This document shows, in pieces, positions 1-15,165 of a stretch of 64,000 nt of DNA. The first letter of the stretch is position 1. Every line of letters begins with the position of its first letter. The position numbers and the translations under genes were made by a program. The notes under the pieces are model-generated. The model did no database searches. It was not told the DNA's origin and saw only the letters and a list, made by a program, of their open reading frames with translations. Source of the DNA: the human T2T-CHM13v2.0 reference genome, Homo sapiens; assembly GCF_009914755.1 (NCBI RefSeq), contig NC_060947.1; one strand, written 5' to 3'.

Positions 1-598
1 TGGAGGTAATGGAAGAGTATGCGTGGAATACAGGAGATTCCTTAGGTCATCTGTTAGTATTATTATGCCATGTGATTAAGGTCAATGGGAAATGATAAAA
101 GCCCAATCCAGGCAGGACTACAAATGGCCCAGAAACTTCAGAAATGAAGGTTTGGGTCAATCTGCCAGGTAAAAATCCATGATCTGCTGAGGTGCTTGCT
201 AAAGGCAAAGAGAATACAGAATGGGTAGTAGAAGGTATCATCAATACCAGCTATGACCATGAGACCAGTTGAAGAAATGAGAAATGTAATTGTCATGAGT
301 ATTTCCTCCTTATTTTATTAGTAACAAGTTTGCACATGTATACACTTGTACTAAGAAAATATCTTCATTTTATTTATTTCCTTTATCATGTGATATAAGA
401 TTTATTGATTTCATATTAGCATTTAAGTGTTTTTAACTTTATGTAACAACATTTAGGTTAAGGATTAGTGTGCTTCTTCTTGTAAGAAGGATAGCTGTAT
501 TATGATAGGTGTCATTATGACCTTATTATTGTCTTGATTTGAAGATCATGTATGATCTCACGAGATGTGTATGAGTTCAAGTTGACAAAGCGTGGACT
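1..598 (+). mobile_element. HERV-L internal region, 3' end, with PPT-like tract
   Basis: Resembles HERV-L 3' internal sequence; ends in GTTGACAAAGCGTGGACT directly before the LTR TG. Confidence 0.85.
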
Positions 599-1132
599 TG
601 TGGTGGTTAATATTGAGTGTCAACTTGATTGGATTGAAGAATGCAAGGAATTGTTCCTGGGTCTGTCTGTGAGGGTGTTGCCAAAGGAGATTAACATTTG
701 ATTCAGTGGACTGGGACAGGCAGACCCACTCTCAGTCTGGGTGGGAACCATGTAATCTGCTGTCAGCATAAAAAGCAGGCATGGAAAGAGCAGACTTGCT
801 GAGTCTTCTGGCCTACATTTTTCTCCTGTGTTGGATGCTTTCTGCCCTCAAACATCAGACTTCAAGATTTTCAGCTTGTGAACTTTTGGACTTACACCAG
901 TGATTTGCTATGGGCTCTCACGCTTTTGGCCACAGACTGAAGGCTGCACTATTAGCTTCACAACTTTTGAGGTTTTAGGACTCAGACTGGTTTCCTGGCT
1001 CCTCAGCTGGAAGTTAGCCTGTTGTGGAACTTCACCTTGTGATCATGTGAGTCAATTTTTTCTAATAAACACTCCTTCATGTATTCATCTATCCTATTAG
1101 TTCTGTGCCTTTAGAGAACCCTGACTAATACA
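599..1132 (+). mobile_element. MLT2A-type LTR (3' LTR of HERV-L)
   Basis: Starts TGTGGTGGTTAATATTGAGTGTCAACTTGATTGG, has an internal AATAAA, ends GAGAACCCTGACTAATACA. Confidence 0.9.
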
Positions 1133-3645
1133 ATCATGTATAGAAGGAAGTTACCTTAACACAATTAAGGCCACATAGGATAAACTGACAGCTAACATCA
1201 TATACAATGGTGAAAATTTGAAAGGTTCTTTTCTAAAATAAGGAACAAAATAATGGCACCCACTCTCACTACTTCTGTTCAACATAGTACTGGAATTCAT
1301 AGACAGAGCAATTAGATAATAAAAATAAATAAAAATCTTCCAAGTCAGAAAGTAAGAAATTAAGCTTTCTGGGTCTGCAGATGACCTCATCTTATATGTA
1401 GACAATCTTTAAAAACATCTCCCAAAACTGATAGAACTATTAAATGAATGCAGTAAAGTTAAATGATACAAATGAACTTGCAAAAATTAGTGGTGTTTGT
1501 ATTCACTAACAATGAAGTCTTTAAAGAAAAGAATTCACGAAAACAATCCCATTTCCAAAAGCAAAAAAAATAATAATAATAAATTACTTATCAATATATT
1601 TAACCAAGGAAGTGAAAGACCCATATACTGAAAACTGAGAAACATTGATGAAAGAAAATGAAGAATACACAACTAAATTGAGAGATATCCTATGTTAATG
1701 GATTGAAAGAATTAACATTGTCAAAATGCCATTACTACCCACAGAAATCTATGGATTCAGTGCAATTCCTATCAAAATTCTAATGACGATTTTTACCCAA
1801 ATAGAAAAGAATTTTCAAATTTGTATGGAACCACAAAAAACCTTGTATAGTCAATACAACCTTGAGCAAAAATAGTAAAGCTGAAAATATTACACTACCT
1901 GACTTCAAAATATACTATAAAATGATAGGAATTGAAACAGCATCATACTGTCATTAAAACAGACACATAGATCAATAGAACAAAACAGAAAATCCAAAAA
2001 TAAATCCATATAATTAAGATGTATTTATTTTCAACTAAAGTTGCAAGAACATGGGATAGGGAAAGGTTAGTCTCTTAAATAAACGGTGTTGGGAAAGCTG
2101 GATATATACATAAAGAAGAATAAACTTAGGGTCGTATATCAAACCATATACAAAAATCAAATATAATAGATTAAAGACTTAAATACAAGACCTGAAACTG
2201 TAAAGCTACTAGAAGAAAACTTAGAGAAGAAGGCTCATGGCATTGGTCTGCACAATAATTTATTTGACCTCACTCCAACAGCACAGGTGACAACAGCAAA
2301 AGTAGACAAATATGATTACAACAAACTAAAAAATTTCTGAGTATTGAAGGAAACAGAGTGAAGAGACAACCTATAAAGTGGGAAAAATATTTATAAACTA
2401 TACATCTGATAAAGGGTTAGTACCTAAGAATTTATAAGAAACTCAAACAACTCAATAGCAAGAAAACAAATTACCCAATTAAAAAAATGAGCAAAGGGCC
2501 TGAATAGACATTTCTCAAAATAGGCTACAGATGGCCAACAGTTGTATTTTTAAAAATGCTTAATCTCTATTGTGTAAATGCAAATTAAAACCACAGTGTG
2601 ATATCACCTCCCACCTTTTGGAATAGCTATAATGAAAAACATGGAAAATATGTGTTGGTGAGAATGTGAAGAAAAGAGAGCCTTTGCTCACTGTTGATGG
2701 GAATGTAAATTAGTAGAGCTATTATGGAAAACAGTACAGAAATTTCTCAAAATTTAAAAATAGAACTACTGTATGGTCCCATAATTCCACTATGGGACAT
2801 ACTTTCAAAACAAATGAAATCAATATCTTGAAGAGATATCTGCCCTACCATGTTCATTGCAGCATTATTCACAATAGTCAAGATATGGAATAAACCTAAG
2901 TGTCCATCAACAGATGAATGGATAAAGAAAATATATATACACGATAGAATACTATTTAGCCTTTAAAATGAGGAAACCTTGTTATTTGCGACAACATGGA
3001 TGAATCTGTAGGACTTAAAACTTAACGTTAAAAGAAATAAGCCATGCACAGGAAGACAAACACTTCACAATGTTACTTATATGTGGAACTAAAAGAGTTA
3101 AAGCCACAGAAGCAGAAAGTATTAGGGTGGTTTTCAGGTGTTGGTGAGTAGAGACTTGGGAAGATATTTGTCAAATAATACAAAATTTAAGTGAGACAGA
3201 AAGAATAAATTCCAAAGATCTACAATACAACATGGTGACTATAGCATATATATTTTTTCATATGTGTATACATGTTTTCATACGTGTATATATATATATA
3301 TATATTTGTGTATATATATTTTCTGTATCCATTCATCTGCTAATGGACACTTAGGTTTATTCCATATCTTGACTATTGTGAATAATGCTGCAATGAACTT
3401 GTGAGTGCAATGAACATGAGAGTGCAACTATAGTTAATAACAACATATTATTTTTCCTGAAAATCACTAAAAGAGTAGATTTTATGTGTTCTTATCACAA
3501 AAATAATAGTATGTGAGGTAATATATATGCTAATTAGCTCTATTTAGCCACTCCACAATGTATGCATAATTCATAACAACAGGTTTTACATGATAAGCAT
3601 ATACAATTTTTATTGGCCAATTTTAAAAATTAACTATATTTTAAA
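1133..3645 (+). mobile_element. Old L1MA-type LINE-1, ORF2 3' half plus 3' UTR
   Basis: Decayed RT and C-terminal ORF2 sequence and an L1MA-type 3' UTR. Starts abruptly at the HERV-L LTR, so the ERV probably inserted into it. Confidence 0.85.
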
Positions 3646-3719
3646 AGTGCAGATGTAAATTAGCAGACATTCCAGGAATAAGTGTGAGTCACTCAATCAG
3701 AAGAAGCAGGACAAAAAAG

Positions 3720-3990
3720 AGAAATCTGAGGAGTAGAATCCAGAGAACTAGAAGGAAAACCAAAAGAGCATGGTGTCATGGAGACCGAATGAATACTGAA
3801 TTTAAAGAATAATATAGTGATCAACAATTTATTGGATGCTGCTTAGAGATTTAGAAGTTGAGAACAGAGAGGTATCCATTTGATTTAATAAAATGGAGGT
3901 CATTGTTAACATTTTCAAGAATAGATTAAGTAGAGTGGTGATAAGAAAACTCAATTGAAGTGGGATGATGAGACTGGGAGGTAAGGCATA
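3720..3990 (-). mobile_element. L2 fragment
   Basis: Purine-rich antisense L2-like text (GAGCATGGTGTCATGGA, ATGGAGGTCATTG). Confidence 0.6.
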
Positions 3991-4247
3991 TTATTTGCTA
4001 TTTTAAGAAAGTACTGAATGTTATCCAGATTTTGAGAAAATTTTCTAAGCAGGGAAATGAATAAGTATTTTGTGGAGAAAATATAGTCAAGGGGGGAATC
4101 ACACAATACTAGAACTTGATGGACCCAACTGGAAAAACTGAGGTCCAGACAGAGAAAGTAACTAGCTAAATATTGAGTGGTGGCAGTTAATTTTATTCTT
4201 TTTAATTTTTTTCCTACTTATGTCTGAAAAAATATTTCAAAAGGTAA

Positions 4248-4604
4248 TGATACGGTTTGGCTGTGTCCCCACCTAAATGTCATCTTGAATTGCAGCTCCC
4301 ATAATTCCCACATGTTGTGGGAGGGACCTGGTAGGAGATAATTGAATCATGGGGGCGGTTTCCCCCATACTGTTCTCGTGGTAGTGAATAAGTTTCATGA
4401 GATCTGATTGTTTTTTAAGGAGAAACCTCTTTCACTTGGTTCTCATTCTCTCTTGTCTGCTGCCATGTAAGACGTGCCTTTCACCTTCTGCCATGATTGT
4501 GAGGCTTCCCCAGCTACGTTGTGAGTTCATTAAACATCTTTTACTTTATAAATTACCCAGTTTTGGGTATGTCTTTATCAGCAGCATGAAAACAGACTAA
4601 TAGA
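4248..4604 (+). mobile_element. THE1 (THE1C-like) MaLR solo LTR
   Basis: TGATACGGTTTGGCTGTGTCCCC...GACTAATAGA with a perfect 5-bp TSD GGTAA (4243-4247, 4605-4609). Confidence 0.92.
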
Positions 4605-4959
4605 GGTAATATATTTACTTGTTTACTTTTATGCACATTTAAATAAACAAACTTAGAATGTTTAATCCACAGATAGTAGCACTACTATGGACCTGTTTCA
4701 AGCACACACTATTAGAGTACAGTTTACAATTCAATGTATATTTACCAACCACCAGCTATAGAAAAGGCACTGTTGGAAATAAAAAGTATAATACTCATCT
4801 TCTGTCCTCAAAGTGTATAGACTCTAGTATGATATACCAGATGAATAAGATATACATAAATACCTTTACTAAAAAAGGTAAGTTAATCCAATGTCATGTT
4901 CCGTACTCTCTTTTATGACATTTCCTTCATATGTGTGTGCTTACTGCCGTAGTGAGTTG

Positions 4960-5110
4960 ACTGTCTGTCTCTTTTAACAAACTGTAAGTTCCTGGAGGGC
5001 AAGAACTGTCTTGCTATCTCTGTGCCTTTCCTTTCACTCACCCTCAGTACTCAGGACATGTCTGTACATAATGATAACATATTCTTATTTATTGAGTTTA
5101 ATTGATGAAT
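4960..5110 (+). mobile_element. L2 3' end
   Basis: ACTGTAAGTTCCTGGAGGGCAAG motif and TGAAT-like tail. Confidence 0.6.
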
Positions 5111-5469
5111 TAAAATTATAATGAACAATGAAAGTGTGTTGATGGTCAGGATATTGTAGTGTTCTTCCAGAAACACTTTTCTGGATGAAAATAAAATTTA
5201 CAGTTAAATACTTTCTTAGAATACTAACAAGTAATACATTTTATTCTAGTAAGTAGCAGATCTGTAACTACAATTTAACACTTTTGACTTCAGTATGAAT
5301 GAGATGTAAAATACAGTTTGAGAATTTCCATCATTTATACATCTACCCGTTACAATTAGTAGACATGTTTAAAAGTCTTTGCACTGATTTACATACCCAC
5401 TCCATCCTTGTGATGTAGGTGGACAATGTGTTTGCGGTTCCCCTCATTCACTATAAGTTTCTCCAGTTA

Positions 5470-6556
5470 AAAACCATGGACATAGGAATGGGAAAAATTT
5501 CATGACAAAGACACTAAAAGCAATTGCAAAAAGCAAAAACTGATGAGTGGGGTCTAATTAAACTTAAGAGCTTCTGCACAGCAAAAAGAAACTATCAACA
5601 GAGTAATCAGGCAACCTAAAGAATAGGAGAAAATATCTCAAACTATGCAACTGACGAAGGTCTAATATCCAGCATCTATAAGGAACTTAAACAAATTTAC
5701 AAGGAAAAAAACAACCACATTAAAAAGTGGGCAAAGGACATGAACAGACACTTCTCAAAAGAAGACATACATGTGGCCAACAAACATATTAAAAAAAAGA
5801 TCAATATCACTAATCATTACAGAAATGCTAATCAAAATCATAATGAAATACCATCTTACACCAGTTAGAATGGTTATTATGAAAAGGTAAAAAAATAACA
5901 GACCTGGCAAGGTTGCAGAGAAAAGGAAACACATATACACTGTGGGTGGGAGTGTAAATAAGTTCAATCCTTGTAGAAAGCAGTGTGGTGATTCCTTAAA
6001 GAGCTAAAAGAACAACTAGCATTTGACCCAGCACTCCCATTACTGGGTATATACCCAGAGAAACAGAAATGATTATACCATAAAGACACACGCATGTGAA
6101 TATTCATTGCAGGACTATTCATGATGGCAAATACATGGAATCAACCTAAATGTCCATCAATGACAGATTGAATAAAGAAAATGTGGTTCACATACTCCGT
6201 GAAATACTATGCAACCATAAAAAAAGATCACATCTTTTGCGTGAACATGGATGGAGCTGGAGGCTATTATCCTTAGCAAACTAACACAGTAACAGAAAAC
6301 CAAATACTGCATGTTCTCACTTATAAGTGAGAGCTAAATTATAAGAATGTATGAACACAAAGAAGGAAACCACAGACACTGGGGCCTACTTGAGAGGGGA
6401 GGGTGGGAGGAGGGAGAGGAGCAGAAAAGGTAACTATTGGGTACTGGGCTTAATACCTGGGTGATGAAATAATCTGTACAACAAACCCCCATGACACATG
6501 TTTACCTATGTAACAAACCTTCACAGGTACCTCCAAACCTAAGATAAAGTTTTAAA
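5470..6556 (+). mobile_element. 5'-truncated L1PA13-15-like LINE-1
   Basis: ORF2 C-terminus and 3' UTR (GGGTACTGGGCTTAATACCTGGGTGATGAAATAATCTGTACAAC); no clear TSD. Confidence 0.88.
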
Positions 6557-7534
6557 ATGAATCTCTGTTACTAAACAGACAGGTTTGAAAGTAGGTATTT
6601 CTGTTGCTTTTCTTAAACAATTTATTGAAAAATTTCACTTGCTTCCAATTAGTAACCTCACTCTTCTCACATATCTGTTTCCTAAAATACAAGTAGATAC
6701 ATGTCACTTATATTTTCTATTAAGTTGACTAGTTGACATTGTATATACAAAACAATCAGTGAAGGTACTAATTTTTCCCCTATTTCTTGCCAGTTGAAGT
6801 GGTATCACATGAAAATAGCCCACAATTGATCTCTTAATTTAGTGAAAGTCCTTGGTTCAGGAAGAGGTTGGAAATTTATGATCAGGCTCTGTCTTAATCT
6901 ACGAGACAGAATTTAATCAATTTCCTATATTCTGAGCTAGATATTAAGGAAATTATGAGTATAGAAACAGTTAAAATAAATAATATCAATAAAATAAATA
7001 CAATTTAACCATTGTTGAAATAAATTAGTAAAAGGGCAGAAAGAGTGAAGTTATTTGAAAATTTGAGGAAAGTCTTCTCTATGACTTTTAACTGCTCTAA
7101 GACAAAATATAATTTTCTAATCCTCTTACACAAGTCTATCTGCAAAACAGCATGCTTACTCATGGTGCTCTCAGATAAGTGAAATTAAAGACATATGTTA
7201 GGAAGTGGGCAGGGAAATGGATTTGGAATAATAACAATTCTGTTTCAAGATGGAATCTGATGAAGAGCTATTTACATAAGTGCCTCCTGGTGCTTATAAG
7301 AGTTGTTAGTTGAGGAGGAGTGGGAAAGTAAGGACAAACTCCTAGGGCTTCTTAGCTAGAAAATTGCCTGGAGGAGGCCCACTAAGGGACTGGGACTGGA
7401 GGCAAAGGTACTTTCTAGATGAGATCACGCAGTGTGAATAGGCCTGCTGCTTGTATCAAGCAAAACCAGGATACAAATTCTGCATGGCTTTCTGAGGAAT
7501 TAGCAAATAGAGATGACTAAGAAGAGTCTAGATT

Positions 7535-10010
7535 TCTTTTTATTTATTTTCTGTGGATACATAATATGTGTATATATTTACGTGTTACATAAAATATTTT
7601 GATACTGACATGCAATACATAATACTCAGGTCAGAATAAATTGGGTATCCATCACCTCAAGCATTTATCCTTTGTGTTTCAAACAATCAAATTATATTCT
7701 TATAGTTATTTAAATATGTACAATTAAATTATTTTTGACTATAGTCACCCTGTTGTGCTAGCAAATATGAAGTCTTATTCATTCTTTCTATTTTTTGGTA
7801 CTGATTAACCATCTCAACTTCCTTCCTCCACTCCCACATTACCCTTCCCAGTGTCTGGTAACCATCTTTCTTTTCTTTATCTCCATGAATTCAATTATTA
7901 TAACTTTTAGCTTCCACAAATAAGTGAGAGTATGCAAAGTCTGTCTTTCGGTGCCTGGATTATTTCACTTAACGTAATAACCCCCAGTTTCATTCATGTT
8001 GTTGCAAATGACAGAATCTCATTTTCTTTAATGACTGAATAGTGCTCCATTTTGTATAAATGCCAATTTCCTTTATCCATTCATCTGTTGATGGATACTT
8101 GAGTCGCTTCCAAATCTTGGCTGTTGTGAACAGTGCTGCAATAAACATGGGAGTGCAGAAAACTTTTCGATATATAGATTTCCTTTCTTTTGGGTACATA
8201 CCTAGGAGTGGGATTGCTCAATAGTATGGTAGCTCTATTTTTTTTTAAGGAACATGCAAACAGTTCTCCATAGTGGTTGTACTGATTTACATTCCCACTA
8301 ACAGTGTAAAAACAATTCATTTTCTCCACTTCCTAGCCACTATTTGTTATTGCCTGATAAAATGGGTTTTGAATAAAAGCCATTTTAACTGGAGTGAGAA
8401 GATATCTTATTGTCATTTCTATTTGCATTTCTATGATGATTAATGGTGTTGATCATCTTTTCATTTAGCTGTTTGCCATTTGTAGGTCTTCTTTTGAGAA
8501 ATATCTACTCAGGTCTTTTGCCCATGTTTAATTAAATTAATAGATTTTTTCCTATTTAGTTGTTTGAGCTCCTTTTATATATATTCTGGTTATTTATCCC
8601 TTGTCATATGGGTAATTTGCAATTTTTTCCCCATTCTGTGGATTGTCTCTTTACTTTCTGCATAGTTTCCATTGCTGTGCAGAAGTTTGTTAATTTGATG
8701 TGATCCCATTTGTCAATTTTTGCTTTCATTGCCTGTGCTTGTGGGGCACTATTCAATAAATCTTTGCCCAGTCCAATATCCTGGAGAGTTTCCCCAAAGT
8801 TTTCTTTTAGTAGTTTCATAGTTTGAGGTTTTAGATTTAAGTTTTGAATCCATTTTGATTTGATTTAGTTTTTCTATCTGGTAAGTGATAGGATTCTAGT
8901 TTGGTTCTTCTGCATATGAATATCCAGTTTTTCCAAATATAAGAGCGTATTTACTAACAAGGATAATTTGACTTCTTCCTTTCCAGTTTATACACCCTTA
9001 ATTTCTTTCTCTTGTATGCTTGCTTTAGCTAGGACTTCTAGTACTATGTTGAATAACAGTGGTAAATGTGGGCATCCTTGTCCTGTTCCTGATCTTAGGG
9101 GAACAGCTTTCAGTATTTTCCCATTCAGTATTATACTAGCTATTGGGTCTGTTGCATATGGCTTTCATTATGTTGAAGTATGTTCCTTCTTTACCCAATT
9201 TTTTGAGGATTTTTATCCCGAAGGAATGTTTAAATTGATCAAATGCTTTTTCATCATCAATTAAAATGGTCATATGGTTCTTGTCCTTCACTCTGTGGAT
9301 ATGATGTATCACGTTAATTTTTTTGTGTATGTTGAACCATCCTTGCATCCCTGCGATAAATTTCACTTGGTCAAAATAAATAACCTTTTCAATGTGTTGT
9401 TAAATTCAGTTTGCAAGTATTTTGTTGAGGTTTTTTGCATCAATATTCATCAGTGATATTTGCCTATAGCTTTCTATTTTCAATATATCTTTGCCTGGTT
9501 TTGGTAACAGGCAAAAGAATATTGGCCTCATAGAAAGAGTTTGGAAGTATTCCCTCCTTCTCTATTTTTTGGAATATTTTCAGTAGGATAGGCATTAGTG
9601 CTTCTTTAAACGTTTAGTAAATTTCAACAGTGAAGTCATTGGTTCCCGGGCCTTTCTTTGCTGGAAGAATTTTTCTTACGGCTTCAATTTCATTACATGT
9701 TACTGGTCTGTTCAAGTTTTGGATTTCTTCATGATTTAAACTTGGTAGGTTTCATGTGTCTAGGAATTAATCCACTTCTTCTAGTTTTCCAATTTATTGG
9801 CACATAGTGGCCACCAATTATGCTATGAATTTTGCAGTGGCAGTCGTAATGTCTCCTTTTAAATCTCTGATTTTATTTATTTAGGCTTTCACTCTTTTTT
9901 TCTTAGTGTAGCTAAAGGTTTGTCAATATAGTTTATCTTTTAAAAAGCCAACTTTGGGTTGATCTTTTGTATTGTTTTGTTCATTTTGAATTCATTTATT
10001 TGTGCTCTGC
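7535..10010 (-). mobile_element. 5'-truncated L1MA2/3-like LINE-1 with ~0.7 kb internal deletion
   Basis: L1MA 3' UTR at left, ORF2 fragments in the ORF track, degenerate TSD core GTCTAGATT at both ends. Confidence 0.88.
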
Positions 10011-10787
10011 ATGCAGGACACAAAAAGTGTCTAGATTAGAATGATGGTAGAGTTTATGAACTGAGAGACATAATGACATCACTATAAACTATAGGAGATC
10101 AGGGCTTTTGTATCTTGTTCACTACAAAAAACATAGCAAATAATCTATGCAAAAATGATCTTGGGAACTAACTAGATTTGAGACTGGACAAATGAAGAGG
10201 TGAAGAAGAGAGTATCAAAGCGAAATTCCAACGTTCTGAGTTAGGATAACTTTTATTCAGTTGGCAGGTCTCATTTATGAGGATACCTCTACTGGAAAGT
10301 ATAGAACAATATGACTGTGGCCCTCAGTTGAGAGAGACACCCACATCTCACTCCCATGAAAAAAATTAGATGGATTGGTTGAGCTGTCATTTGCAGAACC
10401 TGACATTCTCTGTTCACTACTCATAAATTTCTCATCTGGTGACATAATGCATTTTAGTTTCTGTGAATTCAATATAAGATAATAAAGCAGTTTAGAATTG
10501 TGTCTCTATGATAAAATTTACAGAACCCCAAAATATCTAGTCATTTTAGTAAATTGCATATATAACTCAATAATGCTGAATATATGAAATGGTACACAAA
10601 AAACATTAAAGCAAATAACAAAAATTTACTTAAAAATTAACTCATATTTCAGCACCAAACATGATGCAGATTATCTCCATTTGGAATTACAAATATAAAT
10701 AAAAGTCTTGGAAAGTTTAGCGTCTTTACATGCTGTAATGGAAAAGGAAACAAGGCTCACAAACTCAAACAGAAATTTATCATTTTG

Positions 10788-12380
<1,593 letters not shown>

Positions 12381-12708
12381 AGAAATTTATCATTTTGAGG
12401 GAAAAATCTATAATATATTAAGTTTGTTTCTGTAACATTTTTCCTCTTATGCAGTTAAATATTTTTATCAGGACATTTGTAGCTGTGATTACAAAAAATA
12501 GTATAAATAGGAAAAAATAATAAGGACATTCTAACATCTTACTTAAGAAATATAAAACTAGAAATGTCAAGGGACAGGAGCACCTAAGCCAAAGAAATGT
12601 TAGACCTCTTTAAATATCTTAAGAGAAGTGTCCAACTTAATGAATATTATGCTGGTATTCAAAATTGATGAAAGATGAAATGGAATGTTTTATGTGACTT
12701 AACCTTAC

Positions 12709-12903
12709 CCATGTCTGTCCATTCCAGTGGACATTTGTTTTGATTGTTCCTTTTGATTGCTGGGTTGAATCAATTTTCTGGCAGGGTTGCAATTAGTCTG
12801 TATTTTCTTTTTTAGTATAAATAAAATCAGTGTGATGATAAAATGTTTAAAGATGAGTGGTGGATTTTTCATTAGGTAAAGAGCATGGTACCTGTACAAG
12901 CAA
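12709..12903 (-). pseudogene. Candidate 195-nt exon (CLYRYHALYLMKNPPLIFKHFIITL...)
   Basis: Long pyrimidine tract with TTTTAG| acceptor, TGG|GTAAGG donor, open frame, phase 2-2. Confidence 0.55.
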
Positions 12904-14842
12904 CTAAAAGTAAAAATACAGAAATGGAAGAAAACTGTATCACTGTTTAGTCTTTTATTATTTCATGTTCTCATGGCCACCAAATCTTTTTATAAATAAT
13001 TCAGTATTTATCCAGCAGTATTGTAGCCACTCAATACTGACTTTTAATGTTAAACATATGGGCCAGTGAAAGAAGAATGTGAAATTTTCCCTAGACTAGT
13101 TCCAGAAAATTAACTCAGCCTCCATTCAGGATGCCCTTACATAGAACAGCAGAAATTGTCGTGTATATTTGACCTTTATACATGTCTATATTCCTCAAAA
13201 TATCTTTCGCACAGGCCTTCTATGGCATTACTCTTCTCTTTTCCTTTGTCTTAATTTTTTCCATCTAGAGAATTATTTATTCAGGAATCCATTGTATTTT
13301 GTTCCCTCAGAAGGTAAGAAAAAATACTTCAAAAATTAGAACAGAAGGAGGAAGTAAAAAATGAATGGATATTGAAAATATTCAAGCCAGAGGAAATGAA
13401 AACATAATCCTAGAGTCATAAAGTAAAAGAACTAGCAGGAATTCTGTAGTTTAATGCAAATATTTTAGTTTAAAGATAAGGTGGGGTAAAGTAGGAAGAG
13501 CCATATGACTTGTAAGGCTCACACATGTAATTTGCAAAAGATCTGATACAAGAACTCAGATCTGCTTGACTTTTTAGCATTTGCTTCACTTCCTTCATTG
13601 TTTTATCAAGAACTTTCTGAGTAGCGTTTATAGAGGCAGCCTCATTGCATAAAAGAGCAACAGCTGCAGGAATCTAACACAAAAACGCACTGCGGTAACC
13701 GAGCCCAGAAGGATTCCTTTCTCCAGCAAAATTCCTTGGCAGGCTACAGAATTAGCTGGTAGGGATGTGTTATCGATTGACATTAGTGAATAAAGTAATT
13801 GCCACCAATAGATTCCTCCCTTTTTTGTTTCTTTTAGCAGATTCACTCATTATCTTTTCGTACCCATAGAGGAGCAGTGACAGTAATATCCGCCTTATTA
13901 ATGTCTTTTTTGCAACTGAACTGTCAAGATCATCATAAATAGTTTTCTATTAATCCCAGAAAAGATTTAGTAAAAATAGACAGCAAAGATTGCAAATGAA
14001 AGTTTCAATGACATGAAGATTTTATGCTTTCTTTTTATTATTAAACAACATTGTTATGGTTGTTATAGTATAAATGACAATATCCATGTACTTAAAACTG
14101 TCAGAAGCAGAAAAAAAATCTTATATATACTTTAAAGCAACGATAATTAAAAAGTCTCAATTTATTTTTTTCTGTAAGATTTGTCATTAATATTTTTTTC
14201 TTTCTAATTTATTTATTTAGAATTATAAACAAAACCTTACATTATTAACTAGTTTTTAGCTCTAAACTTCAGCTTGATTTTACCCATTGCCTAGTTTCAT
14301 CTGCCAGGTCAAAGAAGCTGGCCATTTTTTAAATGAGTGTGCATAATCCTTAGGGTTTTAATAACCATTAACAACATCAGGCCCTTAAGTTTCTATGGAG
14401 ATGATGCTTATTTGTAGATCTAAGATTTGAAGCATAAATTCTCACATCCAGAACAACCGAAGCTCATATTATGAAGATTGTCTGATAATTACATCTTTTA
14501 TACCCTTTATCTGATATCTGAAAATTTCCAAGGTAGTTTTAGTGGGATAGCCAATATTTTAGGAGCTAAGCATTCATTATTAAAGCAAGATTTCTGAGAA
14601 GCCATGTTGTTTAGAGAAAAAAAGAAAAAGAATATAGATAAATAAAGGCAAGGCAAGAAAACGTTTGATAAACAGCTGAATTCTTTAGATACACATTGTT
14701 GGAACTGCTTTTTATTTGAAACGTGTTAGCAATATATATATTTCATAAGAAATTTACAAAACAGCAGATGCATTAAAAGCTATTATATAAAAAAGTCTAT
14801 ACTTGAAAAACAAGTAATTTCAGGAAAAATAAGTAGGCATAA

Positions 14843-15165
<323 letters not shown>

